Positions 9,512 through 20,175 of a DNA stretch of 59,512 bases are shown one piece after another. The first letter of the stretch is position 1. Every line of letters begins with the position of its first letter. The notes under the pieces are model-generated. The model had not been told where the DNA came from. It worked only from the letters and a program-made list of their open reading frames with translations, and did not search any database. The DNA comes from Methylococcaceae bacterium (GTDB lineage Bacteria > Pseudomonadota > Gammaproteobacteria > Methylococcales > Methylomonadaceae), in assembly GCA_029937975.1 (NCBI GenBank), contig JAPYOW010000003.1:1-59512 (forward strand), written 5' to 3'. The translations under genes and the position numbers were made by a program.

Positions 9512-9858
9512 TAGATTCGAGCGGCTACGCTGTCCGCTTTGGTTTGCTGAGCAAGTCTATCCTCGGCTTTTCTCCAGTGCTCCCCCCATAAATGCCAGCC
9601 CACAGCGCAGCGCAGGCGCAATGACCGGGAAGAGGAGGAGGGGGGAAATAGCAAGCCTGTCATTCTTGATGCCTTTAAACTCTGCAATTAATAATAAAAT
9701 AGTATTGTGTCACAAAGCCGGCTTTGAATGTCTCCCCATTCAGCCTTCCCCAGACCGGGAAGGCTGGTAAGCATTCAGTTTTTGCCAGCAAACCTGAATT
9801 ATGACACCACAATTACCCTCGCTCATGATTCCCTGCAAGATAACCCCGTTCCTATAAA

Positions 9859-11397
9859 CTATTTAATTAACGAGCGGCCAGTCATTTCAACAGGCTGTTT
9901 CAAACCTAAAATATCCAGCATGGTCGGTGCCAAATCAGAGAGGCTACCTCCGTCAAACAGTGGCTGTGTGCCTCCAACATGAACTAAAGGCACCAGATTG
10001 GTCGTATGCGCAGTATGTGCCTGTCCTGTGCCATCGCCAACCATCATTTCAATATTGCCATGATCTGCGGTGACTAACATTTGCCCACCCACTTCAGCTA
10101 AAGCATCCACTATCTGCTGTAACGATGAGTCTATGGTTTCCACCGCTTTTACCGCAGCATCCAGCACGCCCGTATGACCCACCATATCGCAATTAGCATA
10201 ATTACAGATAATGACATCGTGCTTGCCAGCTCTGATAGATTCCAGCATGTGCCGAGTCACTTCTGGCGCACTCATTTCAGGCTGAAGATCATAGGTTTTC
10301 ACTTGCGGTGAGGGAACTAAAATACGCTCTTCATTGGTGAACGGTTTATCGCGCCCGCCATTAAGGAAAAAAGTGACATGGGCATATTTTTCAGTTTCGG
10401 CTAAACGCAATTGATGCATCCCCGCATCGGCCAGAACTTCACCAATACCATTTTTCACCGTCACTGGGGTATAAGCAACAGGGTATTCAAAATCTTCGTG
10501 ATATTGCGTTAACGTCGCAAAATAACCCCGATGTGGTTCACAGTCCCGTTCAAATCCAGCAAATTCTACGTCTGTCAGTGCGCATGAAATTTCTCTCGCT
10601 CTATCCGCACGAAAATTCATAAAAACCACCGAATCTTCAGGGTCTAAAAACACAACATTACCCTCTTTATCCAAAATAGCGGTAGGTAATACAAATTCGT
10701 CATTCTCATCTCTGGCATACGCCGATTCTAACGCTTGAACCGCTGATTCAGCCGTGTGTTCCGATTCCCCTTTAGCAATCAATTGATGTGCTATTTTGAC
10801 GCGTTCCCAACGATTATCCCTATCCATCGCATAAAAACGACCGGTCACAGAAATAATCTGTCCCACACCTAATTCGGCAAACTTGGCATCCAATAATTGA
10901 ATAGACTCCATCGCACTTCGGGGTGGGACATCCCGGCCATCCAGGAAGGCATGCATATAAACTTTCTTGAGCCCCCGTTGAACAGCCAATTCCACCATGG
11001 CCAGAATTTGTTTTTCATGACTATGAACGCCACCGGGAGATAACAGCCCCATGATATGCAGAGCCTTATCCTTACTGATGGCTACATCTATCGCCTTGCA
11101 TAACACTGCGTTGCTAAAAAAACTACCTTCCGCTATCGCTGCTGTCACTTTTGATAGTTCTTGTCGCATCAGTCGACCACTACCTATATGTAAATGTCCT
11201 ACCTCGGAATTGCCCATTTGTTCCTGAGGCAAACCCACGGAGTCACCCGCACAATCCAGTAACGTCTTCGGGCTATTTTTTTGCAATTGATCCCAGCAAG
11301 GCGTTTTTGCCATGGCGATCGCATTATTTTCCTGCTCTTCTCGATGCCCGAAGCCATCGATAATTAATAAAACTAACGGTTTTGGTCTATTTAACAT
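9859..11397 (-). CDS. gpmI: 2,3-bisphosphoglycerate-independent phosphoglycerate mutase
   Basis: 512 aa, collinear with iPGM (LLIIDGFG..., SEVGHLHIG, ADHGN motifs). Confidence 0.95.
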   Translation of the reverse strand: MLNRPKPLVLLIIDGFGHREEQENNAIAMAKTPCWDQLQKNSPKTLLDCAGDSVGLPQEQMGNSEVGHLHIGSGRLMRQELSKVTAAIAEGSFFSNAVLCKAIDVAISKDKALHIMGLLSPGGVHSHEKQILAMVELAVQRGLKKVYMHAFLDGRDVPPRSAMESIQLLDAKFAELGVGQIISVTGRFYAMDRDNRWERVKIAHQLIAKGESEHTAESAVQALESAYARDENDEFVLPTAILDKEGNVVFLDPEDSVVFMNFRADRAREISCALTDVEFAGFERDCEPHRGYFATLTQYHEDFEYPVAYTPVTVKNGIGEVLADAGMHQLRLAETEKYAHVTFFLNGGRDKPFTNEERILVPSPQVKTYDLQPEMSAPEVTRHMLESIRAGKHDVIICNYANCDMVGHTGVLDAAVKAVETIDSSLQQIVDALAEVGGQMLVTADHGNIEMMVGDGTGQAHTAHTTNLVPLVHVGGTQPLFDGGSLSDLAPTMLDILGLKQPVEMTGRSLIK

Positions 11398-12228
11398 AGC
11401 CTGTACTCTCCATTTAGCCCACCAAGAATAGGTAGACTGATAAATTTAATAAAATTGAATAACTATTTGCTGTAATCCCTATCAAAATTAGGATATATCC
11501 ATCACTTGAAAAAAAAGCGCCCTGACTTATGCATCCCTCCTGAATAAGTCAATAATCTGTATACTTTAATTTCGCCAAACGATTAATAAATCCTGGGGTC
11601 AATATTATTTTGCACCAAATTTCCGGACATTGTTCCCCCTTTATTCCTTGGCTTGCTCTATACAAAACATTCAACAATAACAAATACTCCTGTTCTTTTG
11701 CTAGTTTTTATTTTGTTTACCCAGTGAATGGGCTAAAATAGTCTGTTTATATTTATCCATGTTTTCAAAGTCGGATAATTTAAATTTGATTTAACGCCAC
11801 AATTCAACAGATTTTTAAGAAAATGGGGAGCCGTGGCAGTGCGCACTGGCGAATGGTAACGATATCCATCGTGCAGCGAAATGCTTGAAAAACGATGTCA
11901 CATCCATTACGTTTAAAAAAATGCTGTGTTTTGGCTACCGATGACATGAATGTGCTAGAGAATATTGAGCGAATTGGCAGTCGCCCAAGTAATATTTCGC
12001 AGCCCGTGTCGGTTTTAAGGGAAAATACCTGTGGAGGTAACAATGCTGCAAATCGCGTTTTTTTACGCCATGGATGATGAGCGCTTGCTTCAACGCATCC
12101 CTCGGATGAAAATATGTATTTTTCACCACTTAGCATTGAGCGTTCAAAAAACACTGGCATTTTTATGCCAAAATAATCGTCTTTTAACATAAAAATCTAC
12201 TAATTACGTCAACTATAAAGCTTAAACA

Positions 12229-12669
12229 ATGGATCAATATTTAGAATTTATCGGCAATCACTATCTACTTTGCCTAGCTCTCGTTATTCTCAGCTTCTTG
12301 ATTATTCAAGACCTGGTTGAATCCGCTTTCAATAAATTTGAAGCCCTCTCGCCGTTACTTGCTGTGACAAAAATGAACAGTACGGACACCGTGGTTATCG
12401 ATGTAAGAGCCCCGCATGAATATAAAAAAGGACATATTGAAAATGCCATCAATATTCCTGCAGAAAAGTTTAAAGATCAATCGCATACCCTGGAAAAACA
12501 TAAAGCACTATCGGTTCTAGTTATTTGCCAGACAGGAAACCGCGCGAACTCAGCCTGTAAGGAATTGATAACAAATGGCTTTGAACATGTTTTTATTATT
12601 ACAGGCGGCATGCAGTCATGGGAAGACTATAAATTACCGATCAAAGCTACCGTTACCGACAAGAAATAA
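12229..12669 (+). CDS. rhodanese-like domain protein (YibN-like) with N-terminal TM helix
   Basis: Rhodanese fold with an active-site loop CQTGNRA. Its position upstream of secB-gpsA matches E. coli yibN. Confidence 0.8.
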   Translation: MDQYLEFIGNHYLLCLALVILSFLIIQDLVESAFNKFEALSPLLAVTKMNSTDTVVIDVRAPHEYKKGHIENAINIPAEKFKDQSHTLEKHKALSVLVICQTGNRANSACKELITNGFEHVFIITGGMQSWEDYKLPIKATVTDKK

Positions 12670-12721
12670 AACAGACTTTTTTAACCACCTACTTTTACTG
12701 AAACAGTATCCCTGACAAATC

Positions 12722-13189
12722 ATGGCCGAAAGTACCACAGAAGAAAAGCAATTCTCGATTCAAAAAATTTATACTAAAGACATTTCTTTTGAAACCCCTA
12801 ATTCCCCTCAAGTCTTTGCTGGCAAATGGGAGCCTACTGTTGACTTTAATTTAGGCACAACAAACCAGTCGCTTGAAGAGACAATGTTTGAGGTCTCCTT
12901 ATCTATTACCGTGACCGTAAAAAGTCTTGATAATGTCGCTTATTTAGTCGAAGTTAATCAAGCCGGCATATTTTCAATTTCGGGCTTCTCTGACGAAGAA
13001 AAAGCACCGATGCTGGGGAGTTTCTGCCCAAACATCTTATTTCCTTATGCCAGAGAAGTTGTTTCTGACCTCGTTGGCAAAGGCGGCTTTCCCCAATTGT
13101 TACTAGCACCTGTGAATTTCGATGCCTTGTATGCCCAGCATATACAGCAGACTCAGCAACAGGCTCCAAGTTCCAGCACGGTTAACTAA
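12722..13189 (+). CDS. secB: protein-export chaperone SecB
   Basis: FSIQKIYTKDISFETPNSPQVF and LFPYAREVVSDLV blocks, with an acidic or polar C-tail. Confidence 0.95.
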   Translation: MAESTTEEKQFSIQKIYTKDISFETPNSPQVFAGKWEPTVDFNLGTTNQSLEETMFEVSLSITVTVKSLDNVAYLVEVNQAGIFSISGFSDEEKAPMLGSFCPNILFPYAREVVSDLVGKGGFPQLLLAPVNFDALYAQHIQQTQQQAPSSSTVN

Positions 13190-13195
13190 GCGGCC

Positions 13196-14194
13196 ATGAG
13201 TTCATCAATCAGTGTTTTTGGCGCTGGATCATGGGGCACGGCTCTTGCTATTCAAGCAGCCAAGAATGGCTTCCCGACATTACTCTGGGGGCATAATCCA
13301 GCGCATATGCTTTGTTTATCAAAAGACAAAGAAAATAAACAATATCTGCCGGGCTTAAAATTTCCTGAATGCTTGACCACCACTGACAATCTGGAACACG
13401 CTGCAGGTTTTAGCACGGTTCTGCTGCTTGCTGTCCCCAGTCATGCATTCAAAGCCACCTTACTTGCGCTAAAGCCCTTATTAAATGAACACACCCAAAT
13501 CGCCTGGGCCACCAAGGGCTTCAATCCCGAGGATGGCTTATTGCTGAGTCAAACTATTGGGCAATCACTGCCTAACATCAGGCACACGGCAGTACTGTCC
13601 GGGCCCACTTTTGCGCATGAAGTTGCTGCCGGCTTACCGACCGCTATTACTATTGCCTCATTACACTCGCCGTTTTCCAAACAATTGGCCGATATCCTGC
13701 ATAATCCGCGTTTTAGAACCTATACCAGTGAAGACATGATTGCGGTTCAAGTGGGAGGCGCGGTTAAAAATGTTCTGGCGATTGCGGCCGGGATAGCCGA
13801 CGGTCTGGGTTTTGGTGCCAATACAAGAGCCGCATTGATTACCCGGGGTTTACAGGAAATCATTCGCTTAGGGATTAAACTGGGCGGCCAGCCGGAAACG
13901 TTTATGGGACTGGCAGGACTGGGTGATTTGCTTTTAACCTGCACGGATAATCAATCAAGAAACCGTCGCTTTGGCCTGGCATTAGGGCAAGGGCAAATTG
14001 CGGAAGAGGCGGTAAAACAGATTGGTCAGGAAATAGAAGGTATCTCAGCGGCTCGAGAAACATATTTACTGTCTATGAAACACCATATCGAAATGCCCAT
14101 CATTGAACAGACTTATAAGGTGCTCTACGAAAACATGGCACCACTCACTGCCGTGCATAACCTTTTGGGACGTAACCTAAAAGCTGAATCCTAG
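13196..14194 (+). CDS. gpsA: NAD(P)H-dependent glycerol-3-phosphate dehydrogenase
   Basis: GAGSWGTALA dinucleotide motif and collinear GpsA blocks. It follows secB. Confidence 0.95.
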   Translation: MSSSISVFGAGSWGTALAIQAAKNGFPTLLWGHNPAHMLCLSKDKENKQYLPGLKFPECLTTTDNLEHAAGFSTVLLLAVPSHAFKATLLALKPLLNEHTQIAWATKGFNPEDGLLLSQTIGQSLPNIRHTAVLSGPTFAHEVAAGLPTAITIASLHSPFSKQLADILHNPRFRTYTSEDMIAVQVGGAVKNVLAIAAGIADGLGFGANTRAALITRGLQEIIRLGIKLGGQPETFMGLAGLGDLLLTCTDNQSRNRRFGLALGQGQIAEEAVKQIGQEIEGISAARETYLLSMKHHIEMPIIEQTYKVLYENMAPLTAVHNLLGRNLKAES

Positions 14195-14637
14195 CCTGCC
14201 TCGTCTACTGCACTCTTTATTTAGCTAGCCGCCGTGCGCTAAAGGTTCTTTGGATCCAGCTATAGATCCGCTTCACCGCCAAGCCTTTATCGTGTTGCTA
14301 GCAATGTCCTTCAGCTTAAATTCTAAATTGCCTATAGAGCGGACCCACCCAGATTATGCGGGGGGAAGAAGCTAGATACTGAATGTATTCATTTTGCCAT
14401 CGGGATGCCCATCCCTGTATAGAGGCTTAAAAGCGCTTGCCTTTGGCTTAAAGCCCAAGTTAAACCCCTTTGCTGAAATAGGCGATTCAATGACTGCTGC
14501 ATTGACCAACTCCTGCATTTCATTGCTAGCCCATACTAACAAAACGATCACACAGGAGAATAAACCATACTCGGTTCCTTCTTTTCTCCTTTCAGCCATT
14601 GTTTGCAGCAGGACTTCTGCCGAGCCAGCCGGTCTAC

Positions 14638-17600
14638 TTAATGCAAATGCCCTGATAACCAGCGTTCTGCAACGTCTTTGGAGACTCCTTTTCTCGCGGC
14701 ATAGTTTTCCAGTTGTTCCTGACTAATCTTGCCGACATTAAAGTATTGCGACTGGGGGTGCGATAAATACCAACCACTGACAGCCGCTGTCGGAAACATG
14801 GCATAGCTTTCTGTCAGTTCAATGCTCGTAGACGCTGTTACATTTAACAGTTCAAAAAGCTTTCCCTTTTCGGTGTGATCAGGACATGCAGGATAGCCAG
14901 GTGCCGGTCTAATACCTGCATAGTTTTCGGCAATCAAACCTGCATTTTCATGCACTTCATCCACGGCATAACCCCAGTGATCTTTTCTCACTTGCTCATG
15001 TAGATATTCGGCAAAAGCTTCGGCTAGACGGTCTGCCAGCGCTTTTAACATAATCGAATTATAATCATCATGATCTTTTTCAAACTGTTCCAGTTTTGCT
15101 TCAATACCGATGCCAGTGGTAACCGCAAATCCCCCGATATAATCTGCTTTTCCACTTTCTTTTGTGGCAATAAAATCAGATAAGCAAAAATTGGCTCTGC
15201 CGGGGGCTTTGATATTCTGTTGGCGCAAGTGATGCAAGGTTTCTAACACCTCTGTTCGTGAGTCATCCGTATAAAGCTCAACATCATCATCAATGCTATT
15301 GGCCGGGAAAAAACCAATCACCCCTTTCGCTGAAAGCCAATTTTCACTGATTATTTGTTCCAGCATCGCCTTAGCGTCAGCAAATAGTTTAACCGCAGTC
15401 TCTCCAACCACTGCATCCTTTAATATCGCAGGATATTTACCGGCTAATTCCCAGGTCTGAAAAAAAGGTGTCCAGTCAATATAACGGGCTAACACCTCGA
15501 GAGATACAGAATCAATCACCCGAGTTCCTAAAAAGGAAGGCTCGACAGGGTTATGATCCTGGCCATCAAACCGGTTCTGTCTGGCATTTTCCAGACTGTG
15601 CTGCTTTACCTTGGCTTTACGGCCTTTATGGCGTTCTCGCACTTGCTCATAATCTGCACGTAATTTTGCAACAAATTCCTGTTTTAGGGTTTTACTTAAC
15701 AGTGAACTGACCACACCGACACTACGTGAGGCATCCATTACATAAACAGTGGGCGCATGATAATTTTCTTCAATTTTTACCGCGGTATGTGCGCGTGAGG
15801 TAGTAGCGCCTCCAATTAACAAGGGCACCTCAAAGCCTTGCCGTTCCATTTCTTTAGCCACATGTACCATTTCATCTAAAGAAGGTGTGATCAGTCCACT
15901 TAAGCCAATAATATCAACATTTTCTTCCCTGGCTGCTCTGAGTATTTTTTCTGCAGAAACCATGACCCCCAAATCAATCACTTCATAGTTATTACATTGC
16001 AAAACCACGGAAACAATATTCTTGCCTATATCATGGACATCCCCTTTGACTGTAGCCATCAGGATTTTGCCATTGGCTTTCATGCCACCGCCTTTTTCGT
16101 CATCCATATAGGGCATTAAATAAGCCACGGACTTTTTCATCACCCGCGCAGATTTAACCACTTGTGGTAAAAACATTTTACCCTCACCAAATAAATCGCC
16201 CACAACATTCATGCCATCCATTAAGGGGCCTTCAATCACATGTAGGGGTAATTCAGAGGCTAACCGCGCTTGTTCGGTATCTTCAATAATATAATCGGCA
16301 TTGCCTTTGACCAAAGCATATTCCAGGCGTTTTTTAACCGGCCACTCTCGCCACTCCAGATCTTCTTTTTTGACAGATGTCCCATCTCCTTGATACTTTT
16401 GCGCCATTTCCAGCATCGCTTCTGTGGCATCGTCTTTACGATTAAGCACCACATCTTCAACCGCTTGCTTTAATTCACCCGGAATATCTTCATAAATGGC
16501 TAATTGACCGGCATTCACAATCCCCATACTCAAGCCTGCTTTAATGGCATGATAGAGAAAAACCGCGTGAATGGCTTCGCGCACCAGATTATTTCCTCGA
16601 AAGGAAAAGGACACATTGGAAACACCGCCGGAAATCAAGGCATGCGGCAAGGTTCTTTTAATTTCCCGGGTGGCTTCAATGAAATCCACGCCATAATTAT
16701 TATGCTCATCAATTCCGGTGGCAATGGCAAAAATATTAGGGTCAAAAATAATATCTTCCGGAGGAAAATTAACGACTTCGGTCAAAATCTTATAAGCGCG
16801 CTGACAAATCTCTATTTTCCGTTCCTGAGTATCGGCCTGGCCTTGTTCGTCAAAAGCCATCACAATCACCGCTGCCCCATAGCGACGAACTAATTTTGCC
16901 TGTTTAATAAAGTTTGCTTCGCCTTCTTTAATCGAAATGGAATTAACGATACCCTTGCCTTGAATACATTTAAGGCCAGCCTCCAAAATATCCCATTTGG
17001 ACGAATCCAGCATAATAGGGACTTTGGCAATATCAGGCTCGGATGCAATGAGATGTAGAAAACGCACCATCGCTTCTTTTGACTCCAACATGCCTTCGTC
17101 CATGTTGATATCAATAATTTGCGCGCCATTTTCTACTTGTTCCTTAGCCACCGCCAACGCTTCTTCAAAGTCACCGCCGATAATTAAACGCTTGAATCTT
17201 GCCGAACCTGTGACATTGGTCCTTTCACCCACGTTAACAAATAAAGAAGCCGGGGTAATATTTTGTGGCTCCAGACCGGCCAAACGACATTGTTTTTCTA
17301 TCTCTGGAATTTTTCTAGGCGGGTATTTTTGTACAGCATCAATGATAGCTTTAATATGTTCAGGTGAAGTCCCACAGCAACCGCCGATGATATTAAGATA
17401 GCCGTTAGCTGCCCAATCAAGCAATTCCGCCGCCATATCTTCTGGACTTTCATCATATTCCCCAAACTCATTGGGCAAACCGGCGTTAGGATGTGCAGAA
17501 ATATGAGTATCCGCAATATTGGAAACTTCTTCTATATACTGGCGTAATTCCTTAGCCCCTAATGCACAATTAAAGCCGATAGAAATAGGCTCTACATGAC

Positions 17601-18303
17601 TTAATGAATTCCAAAATGCCGCCGCAGTCTGGCCTGATAATGTACGGCCTGAAGCATCGGTAATCGTCCCTGAAATCATAACTGGTAATTTATAACCCAG
17701 CACGTCAAAATATTGTTCCACAGCAAAAATAGCCGCTTTAGCATTCAAAGTATCGAATATGGTTTCGATTAAAATGATATCGACACCCGCATCACACATA
17801 CCCCGCATGGCTTCTGTATAGGCATCTACCAGCTCATCAAAAGAAATATTCCGGAAACCGGGATCATTTACTTCAGGCGACATTGAAGCCGTGCGATTGG
17901 TGGGGCCTAAAGTGCCTGCGACAAACCGGGGTTTATCCGGATTTAATGCCGTGACTTCTGCCGCCACTTCTTTCGCTAATCGAACAGACTCTAAATTAAT
18001 CTCATAGGCCAATGACTCCATTTTGTAGTCTGCCATGGCAATGCAGGTAGCATTAAAGGTATTGGTCTCAACAATATCCGCACCGGCATCAAAATAAGCA
18101 CGATGAATCGCTTTAATGATATCGGGCTGGGTGAGTGACAAAAGATCATTATTCCCTTGTAAGTCACAACTCCAGTCAGCAAAACGTTCACCGCGGTAAT
18201 CATTTTCTTCCAGCTTGTAACTTTGAATCATGGTTCCCATGGCACCATCTAGAAACAAAATACGCTGTGATAAAAGTTGTTTTAATAATTCGGTATTATT
18301 CAT
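14638..18303 (-). CDS. metH: cobalamin-dependent methionine synthase
   Basis: 1221 aa with all four modules: Hcy-binding, pterin-binding, B12-binding (GDVHDIGKN) and AdoMet-activation. Confidence 0.97.
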   Translation of the reverse strand: MNNTELLKQLLSQRILFLDGAMGTMIQSYKLEENDYRGERFADWSCDLQGNNDLLSLTQPDIIKAIHRAYFDAGADIVETNTFNATCIAMADYKMESLAYEINLESVRLAKEVAAEVTALNPDKPRFVAGTLGPTNRTASMSPEVNDPGFRNISFDELVDAYTEAMRGMCDAGVDIILIETIFDTLNAKAAIFAVEQYFDVLGYKLPVMISGTITDASGRTLSGQTAAAFWNSLSHVEPISIGFNCALGAKELRQYIEEVSNIADTHISAHPNAGLPNEFGEYDESPEDMAAELLDWAANGYLNIIGGCCGTSPEHIKAIIDAVQKYPPRKIPEIEKQCRLAGLEPQNITPASLFVNVGERTNVTGSARFKRLIIGGDFEEALAVAKEQVENGAQIIDINMDEGMLESKEAMVRFLHLIASEPDIAKVPIMLDSSKWDILEAGLKCIQGKGIVNSISIKEGEANFIKQAKLVRRYGAAVIVMAFDEQGQADTQERKIEICQRAYKILTEVVNFPPEDIIFDPNIFAIATGIDEHNNYGVDFIEATREIKRTLPHALISGGVSNVSFSFRGNNLVREAIHAVFLYHAIKAGLSMGIVNAGQLAIYEDIPGELKQAVEDVVLNRKDDATEAMLEMAQKYQGDGTSVKKEDLEWREWPVKKRLEYALVKGNADYIIEDTEQARLASELPLHVIEGPLMDGMNVVGDLFGEGKMFLPQVVKSARVMKKSVAYLMPYMDDEKGGGMKANGKILMATVKGDVHDIGKNIVSVVLQCNNYEVIDLGVMVSAEKILRAAREENVDIIGLSGLITPSLDEMVHVAKEMERQGFEVPLLIGGATTSRAHTAVKIEENYHAPTVYVMDASRSVGVVSSLLSKTLKQEFVAKLRADYEQVRERHKGRKAKVKQHSLENARQNRFDGQDHNPVEPSFLGTRVIDSVSLEVLARYIDWTPFFQTWELAGKYPAILKDAVVGETAVKLFADAKAMLEQIISENWLSAKGVIGFFPANSIDDDVELYTDDSRTEVLETLHHLRQQNIKAPGRANFCLSDFIATKESGKADYIGGFAVTTGIGIEAKLEQFEKDHDDYNSIMLKALADRLAEAFAEYLHEQVRKDHWGYAVDEVHENAGLIAENYAGIRPAPGYPACPDHTEKGKLFELLNVTASTSIELTESYAMFPTAAVSGWYLSHPQSQYFNVGKISQEQLENYAARKGVSKDVAERWLSGHLH

Positions 18304-18458
18304 TGGAAAAACTGTTTGAGGCTTAATTAATCAGTGATCTGCTTTACTACGGATATAATGGCTTAGCTGATATTATACGTTGAGTTCATCGTGGTAAATA
18401 AAGAAAATATATTCACCCTAATTTTTAAAATACTTACCTGGTCAGGAAGGAGAAAACA

Positions 18459-18647
18459 ATGCCAAAACCTAGCTTAATCCATGTTTTTAAAAGTGTTATC
18501 GCCGCAGGAATAGGTGTACAAAGCAATAAGAACAGAAAGATCGATTTTGAAACCGGCTCTCTAACATCCTATATTATTGTTGGCTTGATTGTAACGCTGG
18601 GCTTTATTGGCCTTTTGGTTTTTATTGTCTCAACTGTTGCCAGTTAA
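18459..18647 (+). CDS. DUF2970 small membrane protein
   Basis: SD GGAAGGAGA upstream. The motif VIAAGIGVQSNKNRKIDFE plus a C-terminal TM helix is typical of DUF2970. Confidence 0.7.
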   Translation: MPKPSLIHVFKSVIAAGIGVQSNKNRKIDFETGSLTSYIIVGLIVTLGFIGLLVFIVSTVAS

Positions 18648-18669
18648 AAGTCTACTGTTGCTATCAACA

Positions 18670-18697
18670 AAAAAGCCCAGAATTCACTGGGCTTTTA
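18670..18697. terminator. bidirectional rho-independent terminator
   Basis: AAAAAGCCCAG-loop-TGGGCTTTT between two convergent genes. Confidence 0.7.
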
Positions 18698-18721
18698 ATC
18701 AAGAAACTTGCAACGGGAGTT

Positions 18722-19153
18722 TTATTTTACCGATGAAAAGCTCTTTCCAATAGCGGTAAACATTTCTGTAATGCCGCCAAATAATACGCCAAAAGAAAAA
18801 GGTTGTTTTAGCATTAATTTCAACCTTATCACAGCAATAGCTAGAAAAGGGATTACCCAAACAATAAGTTCAAGGATAACACCAATAAAAGATCCAATTG
18901 TTCCTGATTGTAAACCGGAAGTATCAGTACTATAACGAACATTCTCTCCTACCGTAGGGTCATATTCAACGGTGACATCGCCTTCAAAAAAATCAACAAG
19001 CATGCCGTTGAAATAGATCATTAAAACTTGTAGAGTTAAATACACAACAAAACTACCAGCCACCCAATAAAAGGCATTACCTGTTTTTTTTTCTAGAGCC
19101 GTTCTATAAATCCAAATTGCTGTAAAAATAGCAATTATTCCACCAAAAGTCAT
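18722..19153 (-). CDS. integral membrane protein, unknown function (4 TM segments with a soluble loop)
   Basis: Clean ORF with hydrophobic helices. No family recognised. Confidence 0.55.
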   Translation of the reverse strand: MTFGGIIAIFTAIWIYRTALEKKTGNAFYWVAGSFVVYLTLQVLMIYFNGMLVDFFEGDVTVEYDPTVGENVRYSTDTSGLQSGTIGSFIGVILELIVWVIPFLAIAVIRLKLMLKQPFSFGVLFGGITEMFTAIGKSFSSVK

Positions 19154-19710
19154 TTTATTACCTCTTCATTATTATTCTTTAACATACTGAATCCAAATTA
19201 TTTTTCCCAAACTCTATCTATTTCTAGTGAAAGAGATGTAGCTTGCTTTATTCGTAACTGAATTTCATTTTTTAGCTAGAAAAAAATGAATAGTCAATTA
19301 ACCTTTCATAATATCATATTCAAACCATTTCGCAATTCTAGCAGCTCATTGCCAACCGAAATATGAAGTCAAAAAAACTCATCCACCTGCCTGACTCAAA
19401 TAAACACCCTCCAACACACAAGCCCAGAAAATCCAGCGCCTAGGTTTTTTTGATTAGAATACAAGCATATACGACAGAACTAGCCCCCCCCTTCAACCAA
19501 CTTTTTAATTTACCGATCGCCTGTAATTCCCGTGATCTTTCGCCTAATATTCATGCAAAAGTCATAACCGTATTCGCCTGCGTTATTCCAGCTAATACTC
19601 AAACAAACTCATATTTATCTTGACTTTAACCCATTCTAAAGTAACATAACATGTTCAAACGCCATCAAGCGTGGCAAATTTTTTATCACAACACAAAAAG
19701 GCAGATACTC

Positions 19711-19839
19711 ATGGGAGCAATCTTAGACGTAACAGAATTGTTAAAAGAACCATCAGGTATGGTTGGCGCAGTAGTTATAATCATTGTAGGTTATTTTTTC
19801 GTGAAATGGGTTTTCGCAGAGCCTGAAGACGAAGAATAA
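19711..19839 (+). CDS. 42-aa single-TM small protein with acidic tail (EPEDEE)
   Basis: The internal Met of ORF 19651..19839 (MGAILDV...) is the likely start. A strong terminator follows immediately. The SD is weak. Confidence 0.4.
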   Translation: MGAILDVTELLKEPSGMVGAVVIIIVGYFFVKWVFAEPEDEE

Positions 19840-19854
19840 GTAGTACTGATTGCA

Positions 19855-19897
19855 AATAAAAAGCCGTAACAGAATCTTCTGTTACGGCTTTTTATGT
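19855..19897 (+). terminator. rho-independent terminator
   Basis: A perfect 12-bp stem AAGCCGTAACAG/CTGTTACGGCTT (19861-19872 / 19879-19890) followed by TTTATGTTTT. Confidence 0.8.
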
Positions 19898-20175
19898 TTT
19901 AGAGCCCCTTGAATTACCCATGTTATTCAACATCACGTTTATTAGCCCTAACCATAGCTTAGCCTTTAATCTATTCATCACCATTGAGTCTAAAAACCTC
20001 GCCTAGCCTCTTAATTCAGCACCCCACCAAAACAGCACCAGCTGTTCAAATGTCCTGACATACATAGCCACTACACCCACGTTTACCAAAAAACAGGGCC
20101 CATGTTGATTTCACAAAGTAAAAGCGTAAGCTATCCAACAACCAAGCTCTTTAAATTATAAAAATATACCCAGCA

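Noticed and set aside
11804-12190. 128-aa minus-strand ORF, with overlapping ORFs 11895..12077 (+) and 11935..12129 (-).
   Set aside because: Three ORFs overlap in different frames and strands. The composition is Cys/Arg/Phe-rich and non-protein-like, there is no SD, and no family is recognisable. Treated as non-coding or decayed sequence (see the finding on this spacer).
14195-14637. 440-bp convergent spacer gpsA/metH with ORFs 14372..14599 (-) and 14394..14726 (+).
   Set aside because: The two ORFs are mutually antisense. Neither has an SD, and the plus-strand one runs into the metH 3' end. No recognisable motif or RNA signature, so I left it unannotated.
16504-16893. Antisense or shadow ORFs inside long genes. 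Examples: 16504..16893 and 16997..17401 in metH, 8634..9077 in envC, 46428..46916 in proC, 48003..48509 in argB, 33009..33452 in pgi, 30195..30524 in sucD.
   Set aside because: All lie opposite or out of frame within confidently identified conserved genes, and all have low-complexity or biased composition. These are typical shadow ORFs.
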